Assembly (NCBI GenBank): GCA_030668875.1
Contig: DAOVER010000005.1
Span: 60,001-92,000 of the forward strand
Direction: 5' to 3'
Length of the DNA stretch: 32,000 nucleotides
Origin: Candidatus Heimdallarchaeota archaeon
Lineage (GTDB): Archaea > Asgardarchaeota > Heimdallarchaeia > Heimdallarchaeales > Heimdallarchaeaceae
A program made the position numbers and the translations under genes. How positions within the stretch are numbered: position 1 is the stretch's first letter; each line of letters opens with the position of its first letter. The notes under the pieces were generated by a model. The model saw only the letters and a list, made by a program, of their open reading frames with translations. It was not told the DNA's origin and did not search any database. Positions 24,308 through 32,000 of this stretch are shown one piece after another.

Positions 24308-24985
24308 ATGGAAATAAGCAAAGTAATAGAAGAAATTAATACCCTTTTGACAGTGTTATGCAAATATAACAAAGAAACAGATAAAGAACTTGCAAAAATT
24401 CAGTTCCCAAAAGGAGTTATCACATCTGTATACCAATATAAAATAGGAATGCCTTTCATAACAGATGAAGTTCTTCAAAGAAATTTAGCGTATCATTGTA
24501 TGTTAGATGATGTTTTTACTTGGTTACTAAGACATTTTGCATTTTATGCTGTAGTTAAGGAAATGGTAATTAAAATAGCAATTGCAAATATAGGAAATAT
24601 GATGGAAGCAATTACTCAACATATAGTAAAACAATTTCAAAGTGATAAACCAGTGGTTTTGTTTTCAAATATAATAGCGATACTATCAAAACGAATCAAC
24701 TGTTTAAGGAAAAGGAAAAAGGATAGGATAGGCACTCGTAAAGGACTCAGCAAACTAGTTAGTAATAAAATAATTACTAACAATTTAAAGAAGGAAGTTA
24801 TGGGGGTATGGGGGGTAAGATGTAAACAGCATCTTGAATCTCTTAAGAAGAGAGAATTCAATATATACAATACAGATGATTATCGTGAAGCTATTAAAAT
24901 ATGGATAAATTTTAACAAACAGCTTTTTGAATCATGTGAAAAGGATTTGATAAAAGGCTCAGAAAATATTCTTCGAGGTTTTTAA
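24308..24985 (+). CDS. Hypothetical protein, probable HEPN-like fold
   Basis: 'KIAIANIGNMMEAI', 'LSKLVSNKIITNNLKKEVMGVWGVRCKQHL' (Rx3H variant). Helical and AT-rich. Confidence 0.45.
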   Translation: MEISKVIEEINTLLTVLCKYNKETDKELAKIQFPKGVITSVYQYKIGMPFITDEVLQRNLAYHCMLDDVFTWLLRHFAFYAVVKEMVIKIAIANIGNMMEAITQHIVKQFQSDKPVVLFSNIIAILSKRINCLRKRKKDRIGTRKGLSKLVSNKIITNNLKKEVMGVWGVRCKQHLESLKKREFNIYNTDDYREAIKIWINFNKQLFESCEKDLIKGSENILRGF

Positions 24986-25070
24986 GTCCTTTATAAAATA
25001 GTTTTTCCATCTCTATTTATGTTACTTACATCTTAGTGTAAGATAGAGCAAATAAGATACAAATAATCTA

Positions 25071-25292
25071 TTACTTGCTAGAGCTATTCTTTGATTTGTA
25101 TGTGTATCTTTTTTTATTATCAATCATTTTGATTAATCGATGAGTACCATCTATTTCTTTTACACTAGCTCTAGGTTTTTCCGTCATTAAATCCTCAAGA
25201 TTCAATATTGCCATTCCCTTATCTTGTTTTGAAGCTTGTTTTGTTGCTATCTTTGGTATTGAATCTATTGCTCTTTCTATTTCATCTACCAT
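25071..25292 (-). CDS. Small hypothetical protein (73 aa)
   Basis: Occupies otherwise empty space, has an ATG with GTGAG upstream, and has protein-like composition. No recognised motif. Confidence 0.45.
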   Translation of the reverse strand: MVDEIERAIDSIPKIATKQASKQDKGMAILNLEDLMTEKPRASVKEIDGTHRLIKMIDNKKRYTYKSKNSSSK

Positions 25293-25419
25293 ATTCTCAC
25301 AAACCCAATCTATACTAGTAGAACTTGTTTCTCTTTTGATTCATTGTATTACTTGGATATTCAATTTGAGATGCAGCAAGGGACAAAAATTTATTATAAT
25401 TGTCTTTCCCTTTTTACTC

Positions 25420-25857
25420 ATGCCTCCTTCCAATGATTCTGAAGAACAAGTTAAAATTGGTGCAGATTTGTTATTGAAGGGTTGGGTGATGCTCAATCGC
25501 GCATGTCCTACCTGTTATTTACCACTTTACAAAAAACAAGATAGAGTAGTTTGTGTGAAATGTAAGCAAGATTATGTTTTAGTTGATTCACCCTCGGAAA
25601 TACCACAACAACAGAGAAATAATGCTCAACAGAAAGTGATCTCAGCTCCATATAGTAATTCTTCACCCCAATCCAATCTATCTTCACTTGACTTTTCGTC
25701 ACTCCCTCCAGCATTGGTTGATACAGCTAAAATCTTACTTGAGAAAATAGAAATGCTCAATGTCCAATTAAAGGAAACAACTGATCCTAAAGAAATCACG
25801 GATATTTCTAACTCTATTCGTTCTCTTGTTGATTCTATTCGTTCTCTGACTTCTTAG
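25420..25857 (+). CDS. UPF0148 / Sjogren autoantigen p27 (SSSCA1/ZNRD2)-family zinc-ribbon protein
   Basis: 'IGADLLLKGWVMLNRACPTCYLPLY...VVCVKC' followed by a helical C-terminal region. ATG at 25420. Confidence 0.85.
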   Translation: MPPSNDSEEQVKIGADLLLKGWVMLNRACPTCYLPLYKKQDRVVCVKCKQDYVLVDSPSEIPQQQRNNAQQKVISAPYSNSSPQSNLSSLDFSSLPPALVDTAKILLEKIEMLNVQLKETTDPKEITDISNSIRSLVDSIRSLTS

Positions 25858-28303
25858 AATCTTGTTGAGGTTCAGGCCTTAGACTATCCAACTCCTCTTT
25901 TATTCCACTTAATTCTTTCTCTGCAGTTAGTTCATTATAATCAGCATAGATAAAATCGATAATGTCAGAAGCAATTTTTTCTCCTACTCCTCTTATCTCA
26001 AAGAAATCTTCTCTGTTTGCAGTTACAATTCCTCTGAACGACCCAAAGTGTTTCAGTAATCGTCGAGAGATTTTATGCTCAATGTGAGGTAGTGCAGAAA
26101 CTGCTTCTTCTAGTTGGATTTGTAATCCCAAGCCCTTTCTTTTACCGATAGATAATCTTCTTTTTCTTTCAACTTGTTCTCTTTTTGCAAAAGCATATAG
26201 CATTTCAGCTGTTTCTCTTTGATTCTTCGTATGGATTATAGGAATTCGAAAATCAGTAATCAAAGAGGTTAGTGCTCCAGATAAAGCATGAGGATGCAAG
26301 GTTGAACCATGAAGATTAAACTCTCCTTCAATTAATATAACTGGTTTAGCACAATTTTCTACAAGGATTTTTGTTTGAGAGAATAAACGTTTATCCATAA
26401 TAGATTTAACAAAATCATCTTGTGTCTTTCGCTCTACTATAACTTGGTCTGAACAGATATAATCGCCAATTTCTAATCTTTCGAAACCAAGGACAACATC
26501 TTTTCTCATTAATTCTTTAATAACTGTAGAGTTCCTTTCCCTACTATCACAAATTATTTTTATTTCCCCTTCATCTGCTAATTCTTTGCTCTCATCAACG
26601 TTCTCGTCTTCAATAACTGACAGTGCTTCTACCGCTTCCTCTTTTTCTTCAATTTCTGTTTTTTTGGATGATTCTGTTTCCGCTTCTTTCAGAAAATCAA
26701 GAATGCCTTTTTGTTGCTCCTTTTTCTTCATGGCTTTTACTGAGGGTGATTTTTCTAATTGTTTCACAATTTTCTTCATTTTCTGAGCCTGTCTCTTCGA
26801 CGCCCACATATAAGCTACATCCCTAGTTCCTTCAGCTATCAACATTATTACCTTGCCCTCCTTTCTTCTACCTGTACGACCTTTTCTCTGAATCAATCGT
26901 ATAGCACTAGGAACGGCATCATAAAAAATAACAAGCTCACATTCACCAATATCTAATCCTTCTTCGGCAACACTTGTTGAAACAAGAACATTGTATGTTC
27001 CATCACGGAATTCTTGCATAATTTCGATCTGTTTTTTCTGAGATAGCCCTTTTTCACCTTTCATTGATGATTGACCCACAAACCAGTGCGCATTTATTCC
27101 TTCAATTTTATTTATTTCTTTACTGATTATTTTGGCAGCGACTCTGAAATGGGAGAAGATGAGTATTCTATTGTTAGCATTGTTTTCTACTTCTTCTTGG
27201 ACTATTTCTTTCAATCGCTCTACTTTGGGATGAATTACCTTTTCCTCTTGTAATATGTGAACAGCTTCAACAACTTTTCTCATTTCATCAGAAAACATCA
27301 TGTTCTTTAGAGCTCGACTCCCTCTTCCAAACTTAATTTCATTAATATGACCTTCTAGATATTTATTAAGGGAAGGAACACCTTGAGTCTCTATTAATTC
27401 AATGGCGTGAGATATCCTAATCGAGTTCCCAACAAGAGCCATTGCTTTAAAAAAATCTGTTCTATCTTCATCAGGAGAACTAGAAAATTTCTCATTTACT
27501 CTTCCCCGTAATTTCAATAATTCTCGTCTAGGATTATTTCTAGGAACTGCTGAGTTAATAATGCCGAGCTCCTTTAATCCTTCTAAGATAATTTTAAAGA
27601 AGTCATTTAGTGTCGAGATTATCACACTAAATGCTTCAGAAAGAGGGATGATTTCCCAATTTTCTTGAATCTCGTGGATATATTGTTTAACATCATCAGA
27701 GCTTTCATCTCTCATTTCCACATTGAAAGCCTTCAAATTTTCTTGTACCTCTTCAATCCTTTCAATATTAGCTCCTGGACTTGCAGTGATGCCAAGCAGA
27801 AGAGGATTTTTTGCCTTCAAGTTATATTGTTCAGCAATGAAAACGTAACTATGGTCACCAACAGCCTTATGAGCTTCATCTAGGCACATAAAAACGAAAT
27901 CTTCAAGTTTTACTCTACGTTGGATGATATCGTTTTGAATAGTTTGAGGTGTACAGATGAATACTTGTCCCTCTTCCCAGATTTGTTTTCTTGTACTGGG
28001 ATCAGTTTGACCAGAGATTTGTATGATTTTATCTGAATCAATATTTAAAGAAGATCTAGTAGTTTGTTCATGTTGTTCAAGTAGTGGTTTAGTTGGAGCG
28101 CAAAATACAATTTTTCCCTCGGGAAATTTCTGAATGCGATGTGCAGCAATCATGATAAAAAGGATTGTTTTACCCAAACCCGTTGGTAAAATAACCAAAG
28201 AATTTTCCTTAACGCATGAAGCAAATAATGTCTGCTGGTACAATCTCGCTTCAATTTTATCAGGTTTAATCAGAGGATGGTTAATATATTCTGCTTGATC
28301 CAT
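25835..28303 (-). CDS. hef: Hef (FANCM-like) SF2 helicase with ERCC4/XPF nuclease and HhH domains
   Basis: 'EARLYQ', 'PTGLGKT', 'DEAH', 'TASPG', 'SVAEEGLD', 'QRKGRTGR', then 'ICDSRE', 'GDYI', 'VERKT', and a C-terminal 'IRGVGEKIA'. Confidence 0.95.
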   Translation of the reverse strand: MDQAEYINHPLIKPDKIEARLYQQTLFASCVKENSLVILPTGLGKTILFIMIAAHRIQKFPEGKIVFCAPTKPLLEQHEQTTRSSLNIDSDKIIQISGQTDPSTRKQIWEEGQVFICTPQTIQNDIIQRRVKLEDFVFMCLDEAHKAVGDHSYVFIAEQYNLKAKNPLLLGITASPGANIERIEEVQENLKAFNVEMRDESSDDVKQYIHEIQENWEIIPLSEAFSVIISTLNDFFKIILEGLKELGIINSAVPRNNPRRELLKLRGRVNEKFSSSPDEDRTDFFKAMALVGNSIRISHAIELIETQGVPSLNKYLEGHINEIKFGRGSRALKNMMFSDEMRKVVEAVHILQEEKVIHPKVERLKEIVQEEVENNANNRILIFSHFRVAAKIISKEINKIEGINAHWFVGQSSMKGEKGLSQKKQIEIMQEFRDGTYNVLVSTSVAEEGLDIGECELVIFYDAVPSAIRLIQRKGRTGRRKEGKVIMLIAEGTRDVAYMWASKRQAQKMKKIVKQLEKSPSVKAMKKKEQQKGILDFLKEAETESSKKTEIEEKEEAVEALSVIEDENVDESKELADEGEIKIICDSRERNSTVIKELMRKDVVLGFERLEIGDYICSDQVIVERKTQDDFVKSIMDKRLFSQTKILVENCAKPVILIEGEFNLHGSTLHPHALSGALTSLITDFRIPIIHTKNQRETAEMLYAFAKREQVERKRRLSIGKRKGLGLQIQLEEAVSALPHIEHKISRRLLKHFGSFRGIVTANREDFFEIRGVGEKIASDIIDFIYADYNELTAEKELSGIKEELDSLRPEPQQDSKKSENE

Positions 28304-28449
28304 TGGAAACCACAATCATGTCATCGTACAATGATGGTTTTTTTACTATTTAAATTTTAATTGTTCTTTGTAATATATTCTCTTTTCTTAATTATTTTGC
28401 ACAATTCTTATTAGGGGGGTACATTGAGAAGGATTGTGATTGCTTAGAA

Positions 28450-29946
28450 ATGGACAATGTTACTAACTCTTTGGCTTCATCAGATGCGTCTCTGAAGGTT
28501 CCAATTGTTCAACTTGTTAGTTCAATAGGAATAGGCACTTTCATGGCAACATTAGATGCTTCGATTGTTTTTATTATCACTAATCGGATAAAAGAGTTCT
28601 ATGTCGTAACTCCAAACATCGTTCAATGGATAGTGTTAGCTTATCTGTTAGTGATGATGGCCTTTACTGTTATTGCAGGGGACTTAGGAGACAAGTATAG
28701 TAATAAATTAGTCTTTCAGATTGGCATGGTAATTTTTGCTTTGGGGTCGCTGTTCTGTTACCTTGCTTTGAAATTTCTTGTTAATTCTATTCTTTGGTTG
28801 ATTTTTGCTAGAATCATCCAAGCTTTTGGGGCAACAGGTATGGTTAGCAACAGCATGGCTTTAATTACTATGTTCACCACTAAAAAGAATCGAGGAACAG
28901 CCGTAGGATTCAATAATCTACTCATATCAATTTCCGTAATATTAGGTCCCGTGCTTGGAGCAGTTATTGGTCAATACTGGGAAGTAGGGGGGGTTTTTCT
29001 TATCAATGTTCCAATTGGAATTGTGGGTTTCATAATGGTACATAGGAATATACCTAAAACAAAACCTTTAGAGAAAGGCAGAAAAGCAGATTACATAGGA
29101 TCTATACTGCTCGCAGCAGCTCTATCATCCTTAATATTGAGCGCCAGTTTATTTGTAGATATGGAATTATCAAGCTCAAATATCTGGGCAGCAGTTTGCC
29201 TAGGGATAGGTATTCTGCTTGTTCCTGTATTTCTTGTTTGGGAGAAAAGAGCTCCAAACCCATTAATTGATTTTAAATTGATTAAGAACAGGAAAATTTC
29301 AATCGGATTATTTACAGCTATAACAAATCATCAAGGGTATATTGTTATTATATATCAGGTTAATCTTTTTCTATTATCATTAACTATTGTTCAAAATGAA
29401 ATCCAAGCTGGTTTGATAATTGCAGGATTACCAGTAGGGATGGCTATATTTGCAGCAATTTCAGGTAAACTGTCTAACACGATTGATGCTAGATATCTTT
29501 GTACTGTAGCCATGTTTTGTGTTGCTGTGTGTTTAGGGATATTAGCTATATTCATTTCAGCAAGCGCCCCCACTTGGTTGTATGGGGTGATTTCCACAAT
29601 AATTGGAGTTTGTATTGGGTTGTTCCAGTCTCCTAATGCTAACTCTATTATGTCAGCAACGCCAAAAGAAAAACTAGGGATATCAAGTGGTCTTTTAGGG
29701 TTGACAACAAGCATAGCTATAAACTTAGGAATTGCTCTTTCAACCGCAATTTTAACATTTGTAACAACCTATCTTTCCAATTCAAATGGTTTGGATCCTT
29801 TTGCTTCAAGCAATTATGCAATAGGGTTGAAATGGGTTTTTGCAATATTTGCGGTAGTCACAGCTGCAGGAGCAATCTTATCCTATTTCAGAGGTCCAGA
29901 AGACAGAAAAGAAGAAACACTAACTTTGCGGATGGATACAATATAG
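28450..29946 (+). CDS. MFS transporter, DHA2 (EmrB/QacA) 14-TM type
   Basis: 'GTFMATLDASIV', 'GDLGDKYS', 'ARIIQAFGA', 'GPVLG', 'FLINVPIG', 'FQSPNANSIMSATP'. Confidence 0.92.
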   Translation: MDNVTNSLASSDASLKVPIVQLVSSIGIGTFMATLDASIVFIITNRIKEFYVVTPNIVQWIVLAYLLVMMAFTVIAGDLGDKYSNKLVFQIGMVIFALGSLFCYLALKFLVNSILWLIFARIIQAFGATGMVSNSMALITMFTTKKNRGTAVGFNNLLISISVILGPVLGAVIGQYWEVGGVFLINVPIGIVGFIMVHRNIPKTKPLEKGRKADYIGSILLAAALSSLILSASLFVDMELSSSNIWAAVCLGIGILLVPVFLVWEKRAPNPLIDFKLIKNRKISIGLFTAITNHQGYIVIIYQVNLFLLSLTIVQNEIQAGLIIAGLPVGMAIFAAISGKLSNTIDARYLCTVAMFCVAVCLGILAIFISASAPTWLYGVISTIIGVCIGLFQSPNANSIMSATPKEKLGISSGLLGLTTSIAINLGIALSTAILTFVTTYLSNSNGLDPFASSNYAIGLKWVFAIFAVVTAAGAILSYFRGPEDRKEETLTLRMDTI

Positions 29947-30098
29947 GCTTTATATTATTGTTCTAACTAAAGAAACTTAGCGAACTTCTTAATATTCGTG
30001 TAAATAAACCGTTATAAGAAGACGACAAATAATTTTGAGTTAGTAACCACTCAATTTTTAAATTAAGAACAATCGTCCATTACGTCAAGGTGACTTAA

Positions 30099-32000
30099 TT
30101 GAGTAAACGTGACCCTAAATTACCAGAGCGAACATATGACCCGCAGAAACAAGATATTAATCTATTTAATTCTTGGCAAAAAGAGAAGTTATTTCATTTC
30201 AATAAAGAATCGGGTAAGCCAATTTATAGCATTGATACTCCACCCCCTTATGCAAATGCCCCGTGGCATATGGGAGGAGCGATTCATTATAGTGGCATCG
30301 ATATGATTGCTCGTTATATGAGAATGAAAGGTCATGAAATTTTGTTTCCCATGTGCTTAGATCGCAATGGTTTGCCTATTGAAGTTCAAGCTGAAAAAGA
30401 ATTCAGAGTTTCTATGCACGATATTTCACGTGAAGAGTTTCTAAGTATGTGCAAACAAATTCTAGACAGAGTAGGTGACATGATTTTGAACATCTGTAGG
30501 ATTCTTGGATTTAGCAATAACTCATTTGAATGGGATGATGTGTATAAAACTGATCAGGAACAATATAGGGCACTCACACAGTCCACTTTCATTAAACTGT
30601 TTGAAGATAATCAAATCTATGAAGATAATAGACCAAATAATTACTGTACTAGATGTAAAACTACCATAGCAGATAATGAAATTGATTATAGGTCTGGTTC
30701 CCATATTCTGTATGACATAAAGTTCAAAGTAAAAGAAACAGGAGAGGAATTAATTATCTCAACGTCTCGTCCGGAACTTATTCCAGCTATTGGTGTTGTA
30801 ATTTATAACCCAAAGGATGATCGCTATAAACACTTAAAAGGCAAAACAGCTGTTACTCCAATTTTTGAGGATGAAGTACCAATCCTACCACATCATTATG
30901 CAAAAATGGAATTTGGAACTGGAATTTTAATGGTTTGCGCATATGGTGATTCTGGAGATGTACACATATTCAGAGAACTTAAACTTAATCCAAGACCAAT
31001 CATAAATACAGACGGGAAAATTACAGATGCTGTTCCTGAATTTGAGGGATTAAAGGTTAAAGAGTCTAAAAAAGAGATAGTTAAACAATTGGAGGAACAA
31101 GGATTTATCCTTGAAAAAGTAGATACAGCTCATAATTTTCCAACATGCTCAAGATGTGGGAAGGATGTCGAATTTCTAGCTATGCCTGAATATTACTTGA
31201 AACAGGTAGAATATTTACCTAAACTAAAAGAATATGCTGACACAATGAAGTTTTTCCCAGACTTTATGAAGAAAGTATGGATGGATTGGCTAAATACAGT
31301 ATCAATAGATTGGCCAATAAGTAGAAGAAGATACTATGGAACAGAAGTACCAATCTGGTATTGTAAAAAATGTAATCATCCAAACCTTCCTGAACCTGGA
31401 CCTTATTATCAACCTTGGAAAGACAATCCACCGTTCGATACGTGTCAAAAATGTGGTTTTTCAGAGGGATTTGAAGGTGACAAACGAACTTTTGACACGT
31501 GGATGGATTCATCAATAAGTGAAATTTACATTAGTCTTCATCCTCATAATAGAAGAGATGATGATTTATTTGATCAACTAAATTCCAGGGATTACATCTG
31601 TGACATTCGACCACAGGGCAAGGACATTGTAAGAACTTGGCTTCATTATACAATGTTAAGAGGTCATCAACTTTACGATAAACCCGCCTTTAACCATGCG
31701 TGGATTTCTGGACATGTTGTAAATAGAAAAGGAGAAAAAATGTCTAAAAGCAAGGGTACTACAATTTATCCCGAAGAAATGATTGAGAAATATGGTGGAG
31801 ATTCTGTTAGACTGTACGGTGCGATAGAGGCCAGTCATGGATCTGACATTAGATTCAACCAACAACGGTTACAAGGTGTTTCTAAATTCATAAACAAGTT
31901 ATATAATATCTCTAAATTTGTTAGTTCGTTTCCTTCAATCGACAATGGTGAAATGGAATTACAACCAGCAGATGAATGGATTCTCTCAGAATTAGCACAA
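30099..32000 (+). CDS. valS: Valyl-tRNA synthetase (5' part, runs off the window)
   Basis: TTG start at 30099 after an AAGGTGA RBS. Manual translation is open to the window end: 'IDTPPPY...WHMGG' (HIGH), 'STSRPEL', 'FGTG', 'DWPISRRRYYG', 'FDTWMDSS', 'PQGKDIVRTW', 'KMSKS'. Confidence 0.97.
   Translation, partial: MSKRDPKLPERTYDPQKQDINLFNSWQKEKLFHFNKESGKPIYSIDTPPPYANAPWHMGGAIHYSGIDMIARYMRMKGHEILFPMCLDRNGLPIEVQAEKEFRVSMHDISREEFLSMCKQILDRVGDMILNICRILGFSNNSFEWDDVYKTDQEQYRALTQSTFIKLFEDNQIYEDNRPNNYCTRCKTTIADNEIDYRSGSHILYDIKFKVKETGEELIISTSRPELIPAIGVVIYNPKDDRYKHLKGKTAVTPIFEDEVPILPHHYAKMEFGTGILMVCAYGDSGDVHIFRELKLNPRPIINTDGKITDAVPEFEGLKVKESKKEIVKQLEEQGFILEKVDTAHNFPTCSRCGKDVEFLAMPEYYLKQVEYLPKLKEYADTMKFFPDFMKKVWMDWLNTVSIDWPISRRRYYGTEVPIWYCKKCNHPNLPEPGPYYQPWKDNPPFDTCQKCGFSEGFEGDKRTFDTWMDSSISEIYISLHPHNRRDDDLFDQLNSRDYICDIRPQGKDIVRTWLHYTMLRGHQLYDKPAFNHAWISGHVVNRKGEKMSKSKGTTIYPEEMIEKYGGDSVRLYGAIEASHGSDIRFNQQRLQGVSKFINKLYNISKFVSSFPSIDNGEMELQPADEWILSELAQ

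Noticed and set aside
23576-25420. Integrated element with att sites at tRNA-Ile
   Set aside because: I found no duplicate of the tRNA 3' end and no integrase or transposase in the window. An eroded island remains possible.
25835-28303. Intein in Hef or ValRS
   Set aside because: Both read colinearly with their families, with no Hint blocks or LAGLIDADG motifs.
28322-28344. Hairpin plus T7 resembling a bacterial intrinsic terminator
   Set aside because: The stem is only 5 bp with a G-U pair, and it lies in a divergent promoter region with no plus-strand gene ending upstream.
30109-30306. ORF-track 65-aa ORF, and a possible frameshift at the start of valS
   Set aside because: It is the wrong frame. 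The valS frame starts at TTG 30099 behind an AAGGTGA RBS and is open to the window end, so the track omitted it only for lack of a stop codon.
1056-31865. Numerous 60-186 aa antisense or alternate-frame ORFs (e.g. 3097-3657, 11787-12098, 16169-16444, 20731-21237, 29391-29714)
   Set aside because: They lie wholly within well-supported genes. The Ser-rich ones are mirror images of the acidic tails of eL32 and uL24.
1-32000. CRISPR array, rRNA, IS elements
   Set aside because: I saw no regularly spaced repeats, rRNA-like sequence or transposase motifs on either strand.

Overview
AT-rich archaeal chromosomal segment. An Asgard/Heimdallarchaeia-like origin is my inference and is not provable from this window alone. 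The core is the spc-type ribosomal protein cluster on the minus strand (uS17-uL14-uL24-eS4-uL5-uS14-uS8-uL6 // eL32-eL19-uL18-uS5-uL30-uL15) plus the usual downstream block (DUF106/EMC3-TMCO1, eL34, cmk, eL14, cbf5), but it is rearranged. The canonical secY is inverted, adk is absent from its usual slot, and a second secY is inserted antisense between uL6 and eL32. This paralog keeps near-identical extracytoplasmic loops (about 88-92% nucleotide identity over two hand-aligned segments) but has lost the cytoplasmic ribosome-docking loops and one pore-ring Ile. Other notable items: a 502-aa LAGLIDADG intein ending in Ser-Asn inside catalytic motif III of Cbf5; uL24 fused through an acidic linker to a tandem helix-hairpin-helix domain; an acidic tail on eL32; a Trm9/ALKBH8-like methyltransferase; a three-hairpin leader ahead of uS17; an intron-containing tRNA-Ile(GAU) with a relaxed BHB followed by two HEPN-like genes; Hef; an MFS exporter; and the 5' part of valS. 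I saw no CRISPR array, rRNA or transposase.
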